From: Gammaproteobacteria bacterium
GTDB taxonomy: Bacteria > Pseudomonadota > Gammaproteobacteria > UBA6429 > Thiohalophilaceae
DNA: 64,000 nucleotides
Direction: 5' to 3'
NCBI GenBank assembly: GCA_015491815.1
Contig: WFVC01000038.1
Location: 2,095 to 66,094 of the forward strand
The notes beneath the pieces are model-generated. The model had not been told where the DNA came from. It ran no database searches and was given only the letters and a program-made list of their open reading frames with translations. This document shows positions 21,136-31,222 of this stretch, piece by piece; position 1 is the first letter of the stretch, and each line of letters starts with the position of its first letter. The position numbers were made by a program, and so were the translations under genes.

Positions 21136-22115
21136 TGTATTTCCTCAATCAGTGTTTCACCATTTCGCTCATACCAGCACAGCAGGCCTTCCCAGATATC
21201 TTCCGCCGTTTCGGCAAACCAGAATAATTCCCGATCCTCGATATCAATCACTCCCTCTTCAACCAGAAAATCAATATCAAAGGCTTTACGCCAATAGGCC
21301 TCACCTACCAACACCACCGGCACCGGTTTAATTTTGCGTGTCTGTATCAAAGTTAATGTTTCAAATAGTTCATCAAAGGTGCCAAAACCGCCGGGAAAGG
21401 CGACCAGCGCCTTTGCACGCAACATGAAGTGCATTTTGCGCAAGGCAAAATAATGAAACTGGAAGCATAATTCGGGAGTAATATAGGGGTTGGGATATTG
21501 TTCATGCGGCAGGGTAATATTAAGACCAATGGTTTTGGCTCCGGCTTCACATGCGCCGCGGTTAGCGGCTTCCATCATTCCCGGCCCACCACCGGTCATC
21601 ACCACCAGTTGCGAGTCCTCCGGCCCACCACCGGCATTAGCAACTCGATGTGAAAATTCACGCGCGACATCATAGTAATGACTTTTCGCAAGAATGCGTT
21701 CAGCGACAAACAGGCGGCGTTGTAATTCATTATCTTCCGGAGATGCCGCCAATGCCTCGCGCAGCTGTTCAACTTTCTGTTCGGCCGCCACCGGTTCAAC
21801 GATGCGTGTGCTGCCGAACACAACAATCGTATTCATAATTCCATGTGCATGCAGCAGGCTGTCCGGTTTCAGATAATCCAGTTGCAAACGCACACCGCGT
21901 GCAGTATCACTATCAAGGAAATCTACATCTTCAACAGCCGGAATATAGGATGAACTATTCAGAATGCGATCCAGCTTACCCGGTCCTTCCGGATCTTCAC
22001 TTGAGGATTTAGGTTTATGCCAGGGTAACGGCTCCCGGCGTCGCTGCGGATGCGCCGGTTGCGGCACTTCTGGTCGACTATGTTTTTTAATCACGGGTGA
22101 CCTTTTGTTATTCAA
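21132..22115 (-). CDS. LOG / TIGR00730-family nucleotide 5'-monophosphate nucleosidase (PpnN-like). The start codon is uncertain (TTG 22115 or GTG about 22094).
   Basis: It has the GGGPGMMEAANRGA and PGGFGTFDELFE signature motifs. Confidence 0.75.
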   Translation of the reverse strand: MNNKRSPVIKKHSRPEVPQPAHPQRRREPLPWHKPKSSSEDPEGPGKLDRILNSSSYIPAVEDVDFLDSDTARGVRLQLDYLKPDSLLHAHGIMNTIVVFGSTRIVEPVAAEQKVEQLREALAASPEDNELQRRLFVAERILAKSHYYDVAREFSHRVANAGGGPEDSQLVVMTGGGPGMMEAANRGACEAGAKTIGLNITLPHEQYPNPYITPELCFQFHYFALRKMHFMLRAKALVAFPGGFGTFDELFETLTLIQTRKIKPVPVVLVGEAYWRKAFDIDFLVEEGVIDIEDRELFWFAETAEDIWEGLLCWYERNGETLIEEIQ

Positions 22116-22156
22116 TGGAATTGGGGCTTATTTTAAAATGTATATTTCCCCTTTGC

Positions 22157-22172
22157 TGCTACCTGGGTGACA
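22157..22172 (-). promoter_or_regulatory. Operator-like site S3: TGTCACCCAGGTAGCA (read on the minus strand)
   Basis: It lies in the divergent intergenic region between the LOG/beta-CASP operon (start 22115) and glgX (ATG 22236). Confidence 0.55.
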
Positions 22173-22235
22173 GCGAGCGCAGATTAAATAGCCGGATAAT
22201 CCGAACATACAGAAAAAGCAGGGAACCGCGAGGAC

Positions 22236-24287
22236 ATGTTTATGAACAACTGGGAAGCACGGGAAGGCGCGCCCTGGCCGTTAGGGGTTAACTTCATTGC
22301 CTCACAACAGGCATGGAATTTCGCTCTCTACAGTAAACATGCAACAGAGGTGACGCTGCATCTGTATCAGGAAAACGATATCCAGCATCCGGTTGACAGC
22401 TATGTCTTTAATCCTTTACTGAACAAATCCGGTCGAGTCTGGCACTGCCGCCTGCCGCTTGCAAGAGTGGACGGCGCACATTACTACGCCTATCAGGTTG
22501 ACGGCCCCTTTGATCCCGTCAATGGTCATCGTTTTGATTCACAAAAACAATTGCTGGATCCCTATAGCCGAGCCGTGTTTTTCCCACCGGGGTTTGATCG
22601 TCGGGCCGCCATTGAATCCGGTTCAAATATCGGCAAGGCGCCATTGAGCGTGCTTCCTGCACATATCCATGATCGCATCCAAAACCCGCTTCCAAAACCT
22701 CAACATACTCATGATCTGATCATTTATGAACTGCATGTAAAAGGGTTTACCCAACATGCCGGTTCCGCCGTTGCTGCAGACAGGCGCGGTACGTTTTCGG
22801 GGGTGATCGAAAAGATTCCCTATTTACAGTCTCTCGGCATTACCGCAGTTGAACTAATGCCGGTTTTCCAGTTTGACCCACAGGGAAATGACTACTGGGG
22901 CTACATGCCACTGAGTTTCTTCGCACCACACCACCACTATGGCAAGACTGATTCACCCGTCGCCCTGCTCGATGAGCTCCGGGAAATAGTTCATGCCTTT
23001 CATCATGCCAATATCGAAGTCATTCTGGATGTGGTTTATAACCATACCGGCGAAGGCAATGAGCAGGGACCGACCTACAGTTTTCGCGGGCTTGATAACA
23101 CCACCTATTACCTGCTCGAAAATGATCGACGTTATTATCGCAATGACGCCGGCACCGGCAATGTGCTGCATACCGCCAATCGCTATGTGCGCAGCATGGT
23201 GCTCGACAGTCTGCGTTACTGGGTCAAAGACATGCGAGTGGATGGTTTCCGTTTTGATCTGGCGTCGATCTTTACCCGCCGTAGCGACGGCTTAGTTAAT
23301 CTTGAAGATGCGCCGATCATCTCGGCAATTCGTTCCGATCCTGATCTTGCCGGGGTGCGTTTGATCGCGGAGGCCTGGGATATCTCCAGTTATCAACTCG
23401 GACGCAGTTTTCCCGGTATCAGCTGGCAACAGTGGAACGGGCGCTTTCGCGATGACATTCGCCGTTTCGTGCGCGGTGATAATGGTCTAATCAATTCACT
23501 CATACAGCGGCTTTACGGCAGCGATGATCTTTTTCCGGATTCGCGCATGGACGCCTACCACCCTTACCAGAGCATCAACTTTATCACCGCCCATGACGGT
23601 TTCACACTTTATGATCTGGTCGCCTATAACAACAAACATAATGAAATTAACGGTCATGGCAACACCGATGGCAGTGATCATAATTTTTCATGGAATGGTG
23701 GCTGGGAGGGCGACACCGCCGTTCCCGATGCCGTGATGCATTTACGCAAACGTCAGATCAAAAATTTCTGCGCACTGCTGTTGCTCGCCAACGGCACGCC
23801 GATGTTGCGCGCCGGTGATGAATTCATGCAGACCCAGTTCGGCAACAACAACCCCTACAATCAGGATAACGAAATCAGCTGGCTAAACTGGGATCGGCTT
23901 GAGAGCAACCCGGATATGTTTCGTTTCTTTCAGAAGATGATCGCCTTTCGCAAGGCCCATCCCTCATTGGGGCGCAGTCGTTTCTGGCGTGAAGATGTGC
24001 GTTGGTATGGCGTCGGCCCGGATGTCGATCGTTCATGGTATTCCCATAGTCTTGCCTATCATCTCAGCGGCGCTTCACAAAATGATCGAGATATCTATGT
24101 CATGATTAACGCATGGAGGGAAGATCTTACTTTCACTATTCAGGAAGGTCATGCGAATGACTGGCATCGCGTCATCGATACGGCTGAAACCTCTCCTCAG
24201 GACATTGTTGCCGACGCTCAGGCGCGCCCGTTACAAACTCTGAGCTATCGAGTCAGCGCGCGTTCGATTGTGGTATTAATATCCTGA
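22236..24287 (+). CDS. glgX: Glycogen debranching enzyme (isoamylase-type, GH13)
   Basis: It contains REGAPWPLGVNF...NFALYS (the CBM48 start), GFRFDLA, EAWD and the FITAHDGFTL catalytic regions. Confidence 0.9.
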   Translation: MFMNNWEAREGAPWPLGVNFIASQQAWNFALYSKHATEVTLHLYQENDIQHPVDSYVFNPLLNKSGRVWHCRLPLARVDGAHYYAYQVDGPFDPVNGHRFDSQKQLLDPYSRAVFFPPGFDRRAAIESGSNIGKAPLSVLPAHIHDRIQNPLPKPQHTHDLIIYELHVKGFTQHAGSAVAADRRGTFSGVIEKIPYLQSLGITAVELMPVFQFDPQGNDYWGYMPLSFFAPHHHYGKTDSPVALLDELREIVHAFHHANIEVILDVVYNHTGEGNEQGPTYSFRGLDNTTYYLLENDRRYYRNDAGTGNVLHTANRYVRSMVLDSLRYWVKDMRVDGFRFDLASIFTRRSDGLVNLEDAPIISAIRSDPDLAGVRLIAEAWDISSYQLGRSFPGISWQQWNGRFRDDIRRFVRGDNGLINSLIQRLYGSDDLFPDSRMDAYHPYQSINFITAHDGFTLYDLVAYNNKHNEINGHGNTDGSDHNFSWNGGWEGDTAVPDAVMHLRKRQIKNFCALLLLANGTPMLRAGDEFMQTQFGNNNPYNQDNEISWLNWDRLESNPDMFRFFQKMIAFRKAHPSLGRSRFWREDVRWYGVGPDVDRSWYSHSLAYHLSGASQNDRDIYVMINAWREDLTFTIQEGHANDWHRVIDTAETSPQDIVADAQARPLQTLSYRVSARSIVVLIS

Positions 24288-24303
24288 CAGCAACCGATAT
24301 TAC

Positions 24304-24891
24304 TCAGTGTTCAACCGGCAGGGTAATCACCGAATCGGCGCCCGTCGATCCAAGGCGCATGGTGCAGTGATCCGCCTGTTCCGGATCACAATGTAGAATC
24401 ACAACATAATGATCAGTTTCGATTGCCCGATGAATCTGTTTAATCGCCGATGCGGGTACGCCAATTTGATGCAGGGCGCCGGCCAGTTGCGTCAATGCCG
24501 CCGCCCCCGCCATCGCGCCACCACTTACCACCCCGCCGGCGATGGCGCCACCCAGCGCTTCCACCATCGGACCGGCAGCCAGCAACGGTCCAATGCCCGG
24601 CAACACAAAAAGTCCGGTTGCCCCGGCCAGCATCCCCCAGAGCACCCCCCAGACAACGCCGTGTTTACCCCAGGCTTTGACCCGTTCAGAGGTGTTGGTA
24701 TAGGCCAGCCCCAGCATGTCATCGCCTGTGCCACCAGCTTTACGCAACAGCGAAAGTCGATCAGCGGGAAATTCATCCTCAATCAATTTTTCAATGGTTT
24801 GCAGCGCCTTTTCTTCACTGCTATAAATACCAATCGCCAGCACCAGGCGGGCATGTTCATATTTGTTTTCTGTCTTCTCCAGATCCGCCAT
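24304..24891 (-). CDS. General stress protein 17M (YflT)-like protein with a Gly-rich membrane segment
   Basis: It contains GIYSSEEKALQTIEKL, then LPGIGPLLAAGPMVEALGGAIAGG, then GVPASAIKQIHRAIETDHYVVILH. This parallels YflT (GVY..EEA..AIE; IPGIGP..AAGP; GIPEE.A..Y...V..G..L). Confidence 0.6.
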   Translation of the reverse strand: MADLEKTENKYEHARLVLAIGIYSSEEKALQTIEKLIEDEFPADRLSLLRKAGGTGDDMLGLAYTNTSERVKAWGKHGVVWGVLWGMLAGATGLFVLPGIGPLLAAGPMVEALGGAIAGGVVSGGAMAGAAALTQLAGALHQIGVPASAIKQIHRAIETDHYVVILHCDPEQADHCTMRLGSTGADSVITLPVEH

Positions 24892-24997
24892 GAGATGCCG
24901 CCTTTTCTTTGCTGAACGATTTGTTTCACCCGTGATATTCTCCGGGGAAAACGGTCATTGTCTGCATCGCACTTTATAGAACTCTTTATGCTTTGGC

Positions 24998-25013
24998 TGT
25001 AACCTGGGTGACA
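24998..25013 (-). promoter_or_regulatory. Operator-like site S4: TGTCACCCAGGTTACA (read on the minus strand)
   Basis: It lies in the divergent intergenic region between the YflT-like gene (start 24891) and ackA (ATG 25047). The site ends 34 nt before the ackA ATG. Confidence 0.55.
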
Positions 25014-25046
25014 GATGAGGCGATTGAATACGCGCACAATTCGTTC

Positions 25047-26258
25047 ATGTCTCAGCTCCCTATCAGATCGCTATTAAGCATCAACAGCGGTTCCTCCAGC
25101 CTGAAGTTTGCACTGTTTGGAATGGCTAATAAGGATGCGCTGCGTGAATATTACCGAGGACAAATTTCCAGCATTGGCGCGGATGCGCTGTTTCAGGTTA
25201 AGGATGAAAAGGGAGAAGAAACGCACCGGAAAAACCTGCGCCTCTCCGATCACCGGCAAGCATTGAAATTACTGCTGGACTGGTTAGCAAAGCAAATCGA
25301 CTTATCGCAACTGCTCGGGGTAGGACATCGTATCGTACACGGTGGCGCGCGTTTTACTATGCCCGTGCGCATAACGGCGGATGTATTTGCATATTTACAA
25401 TCACTGACGCCCCTTGCCCCCAATCATCAACCGGCCAATCTGCTCGGCATAAGCACCCTTCAGGATCTGCAACCGGCGATCCCCCAGGTCGCCTGTTTCG
25501 ACACCGCTTTTCATCAACAACGGCCGGACGTGGAACAAGGTTTCGCCCTGCCCGCGCATCCCAAATTGAAAGCTGTTCGTCGCTATGGTTTTCACGGCCT
25601 GTCCTACCAGTATATCGCCGGCGTATTGTCCGACTATCCCGATATAGAGGCCGATGGCAAAATCATCGTCGCGCATCTGGGGCATGGCGCCAGTTTATGC
25701 GCCATGCATAAACGCCGCAGCATCGCCACCACCATGACCTTTACGCCGCTGGATGGCGTGCCAATGGGCGCGCGCTGTGGTTCGATTGATCCGGCGGTGG
25801 TGCTGTATTTACTGCAACAGGGCATGAGTGAAAAAGAAATTTCCGATCTGCTGTATTTTCAGTCCGGCCTGCTCGGGGTCTCCGGCCTCAGTGATGACAT
25901 GGCTGAGTTACTTGAATCATCTTCACAACAGGCGCAGTTCGCCATTGAGCTGTTCGTTCACCACGTTGTCCGCGCCATCGGTTCACTGGCCGCCGCACTG
26001 GGCGGCGTCGACGCCATCATTTTTACCGCCGGCATCGGTGAACATGCGGTGTCCATACGCGAAACGATCTGTCAGCGTTGTGCATGGCTGGGTGTACAAC
26101 TGGATGAAAACGCCAACCGCGCCAGCCGGCCCTGTATTACCGAAAAAAACAGTCCGGTGCAGGTCTGGATCATCCCCACCGATGAACAACGCATGATTGC
26201 CGAACAGACGCTTGCGCTTATAAACACGGACAACAACTTACACAGGATGTCATCATGA
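25047..26258 (+). CDS. ackA: Acetate kinase
   Basis: It contains [33 protein letters not shown] and FTAGIGEH. The track ORF starts at 24993, but the conserved N-terminus begins at the ATG at 25047. Confidence 0.9.
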   Translation: MSQLPIRSLLSINSGSSSLKFALFGMANKDALREYYRGQISSIGADALFQVKDEKGEETHRKNLRLSDHRQALKLLLDWLAKQIDLSQLLGVGHRIVHGGARFTMPVRITADVFAYLQSLTPLAPNHQPANLLGISTLQDLQPAIPQVACFDTAFHQQRPDVEQGFALPAHPKLKAVRRYGFHGLSYQYIAGVLSDYPDIEADGKIIVAHLGHGASLCAMHKRRSIATTMTFTPLDGVPMGARCGSIDPAVVLYLLQQGMSEKEISDLLYFQSGLLGVSGLSDDMAELLESSSQQAQFAIELFVHHVVRAIGSLAAALGGVDAIIFTAGIGEHAVSIRETICQRCAWLGVQLDENANRASRPCITEKNSPVQVWIIPTDEQRMIAEQTLALINTDNNLHRMSS

Positions 26259-28636
26259 TTGAATCAAATTTTACCGTCACGGATTCACCGTTATCCGATA
26301 CTGAACTGGCTCTGATCGACGCATGGTGGCGGGCGGCGAATTATGTCTCCATCGGCCAGATCTACCTGCTCGATAATCCCCTGCTCAAACAACCGCTAAG
26401 TCTTGAACACATCAAACCACGACTGCTGGGGCACTGGGGCACCACACCCGGTTTGAACATGATCTATGCGCATCTTAATCGAGTGATCAGCGCGCGCGAT
26501 CTGAATATTATTTATGTGACCGGCCCCGGTCACGGCGCACCGGGGCTGGTCGCCAATACCTGGCTGGAAGGCAGCTACAGCGAACTGTATCCCAACATCA
26601 GCCGCGACGAAGCGGGAATGAAACAGCTATTCAGGCAGTTTTCTTTCCCCGGCGGCATTCCCAGCCACACGGCGCCGGAAACCCCTGGCTCGATTCATGA
26701 AGGCGGTGAACTCGGTTACTCGTTGAGCCACGCTTATGGCGCGGCTTTCGATAACCCGGATCTGATCGTCGCCTGCGTGGTCGGCGATGGCGAAGCGGAA
26801 ACCGGCCCCGCCGCCACCGCCTGGCACTCCAACAAGTTTCTTGATCCTGTGCGCGATGGCGCGGTGCTGCCCATTCTGCATCTAAACGGTTACAAGATTG
26901 CCAATCCCACCGTGCTGGCGCGCATCAGCAACACGGAATTGATCGATCTGTTTCACGGCTACGGTTATACGCCTTACCTGGTTGAAGGTTCTGATCCGCA
27001 GGCTGTGCATCAGGCCATGGCCGCCACTCTGGATCGGATCATGGATGAGATTCACGACATTCAATACAACGCACGCAAGGGTGCAGAAAACACGCGCCCG
27101 CGCTGGCCAATGATCATCCTGCGCACACCCAAGGGCTGGACCTGTCCGAAGGAAATCGACGGTCTGAAACTCGAAGATTACTGGCGCGCCCATCAGGTGC
27201 CCTTTGCGCAACTGGCGGAAAAACCGCAACACATCCGCGTGCTCGAACAATGGATGAAAAGTTATCGACCCGAAAGCCTGTTTGATGACCAGGGAAAGTT
27301 AATCGCCGATGTCGCCGCGCTGGCCCCATCCGGCGAGCGGCGCATGGGCAGCAATCCCCACGCCAATGGCGGCCTGCTGTTGCATGATCTAAAACTGCCC
27401 GACTATCGCGATTACGCGCTGGACATCCCCACACCCGGCGGCACAACGGGTGAAGCCACGCGACGCATGGGCGACTATCTGCGCGATGTCATGGCCTTGA
27501 ATGCCGAGCAAAAAAACTTCCGGGTGATGGGCCCGGATGAAACCGTCTCCAACCGCCTTGGCGCATTGCTGGAGGTCACCAATCGCGTCTGGGAGGCCGA
27601 GACCTATGCTTATGATGACCACCTCGCCCCTGATGGCCGGGTCATGGAAATTCTTTCCGAGCACACCTGTCAGGGCTGGCTCGAAGGTTATTTACTGACC
27701 GGTCGGCACGGCCTGTTTTCCTGTTATGAAGCCTTCATCCACATCGTCGATTCCATGTTTAATCAACACGCCAAGTGGCTCAAGGTCAGCAAACAGATCC
27801 CCTGGCGGCGACCCATCGCCTCGCTCAATATTCTGCTCACCTCGCACGTCTGGCGACAGGATCACAACGGTTTTTCCCATCAGGATCCCGGTTTCATCGA
27901 CCACGTGGTAAACAAGAAAGCCGACATCGTACGCGTCTATTTACCACCGGACGCCAACACCACGTTGTGCATCACCGCCCGTTGCCTGAACAGTCGCAAC
28001 CGGGTCAATGTCATCGTCGCCGGTAAACAACCTGAACCTCAGTGGCTGGATATGGAGGCGGCGATCAAGCACTGTCACGCCGGTATCGGCATCTGGGAAT
28101 GGGCCGGCAATGACAGCGACAGCGAGCCGGATGTGATCATGGCCTGCGCTGGGGATGTGCCGACGATTGAAACCCTCGCCGCAGTAAAAATATTACGTGA
28201 ACATCTGCCCGAATTGAAAGTCCGGGTCATCAACGTCGTCGATCTAATGACCCTGCAACCTAAAGAAGAACATCCGAATGGTCTTAACGATGATGACTTC
28301 GACGCCCTGTTCAGCATCGACAAACCGATCGTCTTTGCTTTTCATGGCTATCCCTGGCTGATTCATCGACTGGTCTATCGCCGCCACAACCATGAAGGTC
28401 TGCATGTGCGCGGATATAAAGAGGAAGGCACCACCACCACGCCCTTCGATATGACCGTACTCAATGAACTGGATCGTTTTCATCTGGTCAGTGATGTTAT
28501 CGACCGGGTCAGCGGTATGGGTTCAAAAGGCAGCTATCTAAAACAGCTTATGCGCGACAAGCTGATTGAACACAAGCAATACATCACCGAACACGGTGAA
28601 GACATGCCGGAAATTCGTGACTGGCAATGGCAGTAA
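26255..28636 (+). CDS. xfp: Phosphoketolase (xylulose-5-P/fructose-6-P phosphoketolase)
   Basis: 793 aa containing [38 protein letters not shown] and [10 protein letters not shown]. Its start overlaps the ackA stop (ATGA). Confidence 0.95.
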   Translation: MIESNFTVTDSPLSDTELALIDAWWRAANYVSIGQIYLLDNPLLKQPLSLEHIKPRLLGHWGTTPGLNMIYAHLNRVISARDLNIIYVTGPGHGAPGLVANTWLEGSYSELYPNISRDEAGMKQLFRQFSFPGGIPSHTAPETPGSIHEGGELGYSLSHAYGAAFDNPDLIVACVVGDGEAETGPAATAWHSNKFLDPVRDGAVLPILHLNGYKIANPTVLARISNTELIDLFHGYGYTPYLVEGSDPQAVHQAMAATLDRIMDEIHDIQYNARKGAENTRPRWPMIILRTPKGWTCPKEIDGLKLEDYWRAHQVPFAQLAEKPQHIRVLEQWMKSYRPESLFDDQGKLIADVAALAPSGERRMGSNPHANGGLLLHDLKLPDYRDYALDIPTPGGTTGEATRRMGDYLRDVMALNAEQKNFRVMGPDETVSNRLGALLEVTNRVWEAETYAYDDHLAPDGRVMEILSEHTCQGWLEGYLLTGRHGLFSCYEAFIHIVDSMFNQHAKWLKVSKQIPWRRPIASLNILLTSHVWRQDHNGFSHQDPGFIDHVVNKKADIVRVYLPPDANTTLCITARCLNSRNRVNVIVAGKQPEPQWLDMEAAIKHCHAGIGIWEWAGNDSDSEPDVIMACAGDVPTIETLAAVKILREHLPELKVRVINVVDLMTLQPKEEHPNGLNDDDFDALFSIDKPIVFAFHGYPWLIHRLVYRRHNHEGLHVRGYKEEGTTTTPFDMTVLNELDRFHLVSDVIDRVSGMGSKGSYLKQLMRDKLIEHKQYITEHGEDMPEIRDWQWQ

Positions 28637-28645
28637 AAAATAGAG

Positions 28646-28707
28646 TTAAGGAACCTCTGATTAATTCCGTTCGCCCTGAGCTTGTCGAAGGGTGAACCAT
28701 ATAACAT
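28646..28707. mobile_element. MITE copy B, a solo half-element (one arm only)
   Basis: TTAAGGAACCTCTGATTAATTCCGTTCGCCCTGAGCTTGTCGAAGGGTGAACCATATAACAT matches one arm of the full copies. Similarity stops after ATAACAT. Confidence 0.7.
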
Positions 28708-28752
28708 AGTGAGTAAAGCGTAGGGGTATCGATGACGCCAAAACGAAGAGTC

Positions 28753-28773
28753 CCCTCTCCCTCAGGGAGAGGG
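28753..28773. repeat. 9-bp-stem hairpin CCCTCTCCC-TCA-GGGAGAGGG
   Basis: It is a perfect inverted repeat between xfp and the lpd-like gene. No U-run follows on either strand. Confidence 0.6.
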
Positions 28774-28831
28774 AGTCAGGCCGTGCTACCGAAAATTTTT
28801 CTGAAGAACCAGATAAGGGAGAAAAACAAAA

Positions 28832-30253
28832 ATGAACACTGATTACGATGTGCTGATCATCGGCGGTGGCCCCGGCGGCACCCCCGCGGCAATGGCGCTG
28901 GCGATGGCGGGTAAACAGGTGCTGCTGGTGGAAAGCGGTGCGGGTCTCGGCGGCACCTGTTTATTCGAAGGTTGCATCCCCTCCAAAATTTTTCGCGAGT
29001 CGGCGCGCCGTCTGCGTGAGTTGCGTGAAGCCGCCGACTTCGGGCTTTGTTTGCCGACGCTGGATACCCGGATTAACTGGTCAGCCATTCAGGAACGCAA
29101 ACGAAATATTTTACAACGCCGCAGTCAGGCTGCACTGGCGCGAGTGGAAAAAATTCCCGGCCTGACATTTGTTCAGGGACGCGCACAGTTTATCTCGGCG
29201 CACGAAGCCGAGATCTCGATCACGGACGCTGAGGTTCAGCGCGTGCAGTTCAAACAGGCCATCATCGCCACCGGCTCGATACCGTTTCGGCCCCCCATCC
29301 GCGGCATCGATCATCCCCGGGTACTGGACAGCGAGGCGATACTTAATATCGATCACATCCCGGACAAGCTGGTGATCATCGGCGCCGGTCCCATCGGCGT
29401 GGAACTGGGACAGGTCTTTCACACCTTTGGCAGTCGGGTCAGTATTCTGGAAGCCGCGCCGAACATTCTTGGCCCGGTCGATCAGGAACTGGCCGCGCAA
29501 CTGCGGCAACGCATGCAGGACGATGGCATCGAAATTCACACTGACTGCAGGGTCAACGCAATCATTCATTCCGGACAACGCGTGTATGTGGAATACCTGA
29601 ACGCCGATCAGGAAAAACAGCACTGCTTCACCGACACCGTGCTGGTCGTCGCCGGTCGCCGTCCCAATGTTCAGAGCCTCGGACTGGAAAACACAGCCGT
29701 CGAACATGATGCGCATGGCGTCAAGGTTAACGCGACACTGGAAACCGGCGAGGCCGGAATTTATGCCGTTGGCGATGTCATCGGCCAGCCCATGTTCGCC
29801 CACTGGGCCACCACGCAGGGACTGGCGCTGGCCCGGCATCTTCTCGGCCAGCCCGCGCCCTTCCCCGATCCCCTTAGCAATTCCGCCGTTATTTTCAGTG
29901 AACCGGAACTGGCGATGGCGGGACTGACTGAAGCGGCGGCGCGTGAAGCCGGGATCGAAGTTGAAATCGCCCGCTATGATTTTCAGCACGACGCGCGCAG
30001 CCAGATCAGCGGCCGGGATGCGGGCATGCTGAAAATCGTATTCGAGAAAAACAGCCACAAGGTGCTGGGCGTCCATGCGCTAACGGAAGGCGCAGATGCG
30101 CTCATGGGCGAGGCCGCTCTGCTGGTCAAGGCCGGTTTGCCGCTTGAAGCCATAGCCGGTGCGATTCATCCCCATCCGACCCTGAGCGAATCCTTTGTGC
30201 AGGCGGCGCGCTCGGCGCTGGCCGCCCTGAGCATGGGCAAGCCAAAACCATGA
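28832..30253 (+). CDS. Dihydrolipoyl dehydrogenase-family flavoprotein disulfide oxidoreductase
   Basis: It has the GGGPGG FAD motif, the redox-active CLFEGCIPSK motif and the C-terminal HPHPTLSE interface motif. Confidence 0.8.
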   Translation: MNTDYDVLIIGGGPGGTPAAMALAMAGKQVLLVESGAGLGGTCLFEGCIPSKIFRESARRLRELREAADFGLCLPTLDTRINWSAIQERKRNILQRRSQAALARVEKIPGLTFVQGRAQFISAHEAEISITDAEVQRVQFKQAIIATGSIPFRPPIRGIDHPRVLDSEAILNIDHIPDKLVIIGAGPIGVELGQVFHTFGSRVSILEAAPNILGPVDQELAAQLRQRMQDDGIEIHTDCRVNAIIHSGQRVYVEYLNADQEKQHCFTDTVLVVAGRRPNVQSLGLENTAVEHDAHGVKVNATLETGEAGIYAVGDVIGQPMFAHWATTQGLALARHLLGQPAPFPDPLSNSAVIFSEPELAMAGLTEAAAREAGIEVEIARYDFQHDARSQISGRDAGMLKIVFEKNSHKVLGVHALTEGADALMGEAALLVKAGLPLEAIAGAIHPHPTLSESFVQAARSALAALSMGKPKP

Positions 30254-31209
30254 ACGCCAAAATTTCAGGCGCAGGACTCTCAGTCTTTCTGCAACAAGCA
30301 GAGGAGTATCCGCCTCTGCCAGTCGCCGTTGTCGATGCGCAGGAAGATCATGTTCTGCAGGGCGTACTGGCGGCCAGCAAAGCCGGCCTCATTGAGCCCA
30401 CCCTGATCGGCCAGCCTGAGGTGATACAGCGCCTGTGCCGGGAACAGGATTGCGATGCAGATCGTTTTCCCATCATCAAGGCTGACTCGGAAACCGCCGC
30501 CGCACGAACAGGCGTAGAATTGATTCGGGATGGCAAAGCGCATGCCTTGATCAAAGGCTGGATTCATACCGATGCGCTGATGCGCCCGGTGCTGGCCCAG
30601 TTGCGCACGGCGCGGCGCATCAGCCATATTTTTATTGCCGAGCTGCCGCGCTATTCCAAATTACTTTACATCACCGATGCGGCTATTAATATCGCGCCGG
30701 ATTTGAGCATCAAGGCGCAGATTGTGCAAAACGCGGTGGATCTGGCGCACATGCTGGGGGTCGAACGCCCCGCCGTCGCGGTGCTTTCGTCGGTGGAACT
30801 GGTCAAACCGGCGATACCCTCAACCCTTGACGCCGCCTGCCTGAGCAAGATGGCGCAGCGCGGCCAGATCACGGGGGCGATTCTGGATGGCCCGCTGGCC
30901 TTTGATAACGCTATTTCCTATGACGCCGCAAAAACCAAACACATCCACAGCGATGTCGCAGGCAAGGCGGATATCCTGCTCGCCCCGGATCTGGATGCCG
31001 GCAATATTCTCGCCAAGGATCTTGAATACCTGGCGGGCGCCACCATTGCGGGTATTGTCGTTGGCGCACAGGCGCCGATCATGTTGCCCTCTCGCTCCGA
31101 TCCACCCGCCGCCCGTCTTGCTTCGGCAGCCATTGCGGTTCTTATGCACCACCTGTGGCCGGATTATCGATACCCGGACAGCGCTGAAAAAACTAATACG
31201 ACCCATTGA
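30250..31209 (+). CDS. pta: Phosphate acetyl/butyryl-transferase (PTA_PTB family)
   Basis: 319 aa containing …LIKGWIHTD…, ITDAAINIAPD and DAGNILAKDLEYLAGA. Its start overlaps the upstream stop (ATGA). Confidence 0.75.
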   Translation: MNAKISGAGLSVFLQQAEEYPPLPVAVVDAQEDHVLQGVLAASKAGLIEPTLIGQPEVIQRLCREQDCDADRFPIIKADSETAAARTGVELIRDGKAHALIKGWIHTDALMRPVLAQLRTARRISHIFIAELPRYSKLLYITDAAINIAPDLSIKAQIVQNAVDLAHMLGVERPAVAVLSSVELVKPAIPSTLDAACLSKMAQRGQITGAILDGPLAFDNAISYDAAKTKHIHSDVAGKADILLAPDLDAGNILAKDLEYLAGATIAGIVVGAQAPIMLPSRSDPPAARLASAAIAVLMHHLWPDYRYPDSAEKTNTTH

Positions 31210-31222
31210 AGGAGATAACACC

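Noticed and set aside
28753-28773. The hairpin CCCTCTCCC-TCA-GGGAGAGGG as the xfp terminator.
   Set aside because: No U-run follows on the sense strand, and it sits more than 110 nt past the stop, beyond the MITE half-copy. It looks more like a small palindromic repeat unit, so I listed it only as a repeat.
29111-30076. A 321-aa minus-strand ORF antisense to the lpd-like gene. Similar long antisense ORFs occur at 16522-17241, 34670-35350, 35587-36207, 36268-36864, 51770-52342, 60265-60807 and 8518-9168.
   Set aside because: All lie within well-supported genes on the other strand, lack start-site context and have biased, repeat-like composition typical of antisense frames in moderately GC-rich genes.
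30887-31222. The first 112 codons of the 344-aa ORF 30887-31921, which overlap pta in another frame.
   Set aside because: pta is well supported across this stretch. A GGAG-ATG start at 31223 yields a protein that begins with a clean signal peptide.
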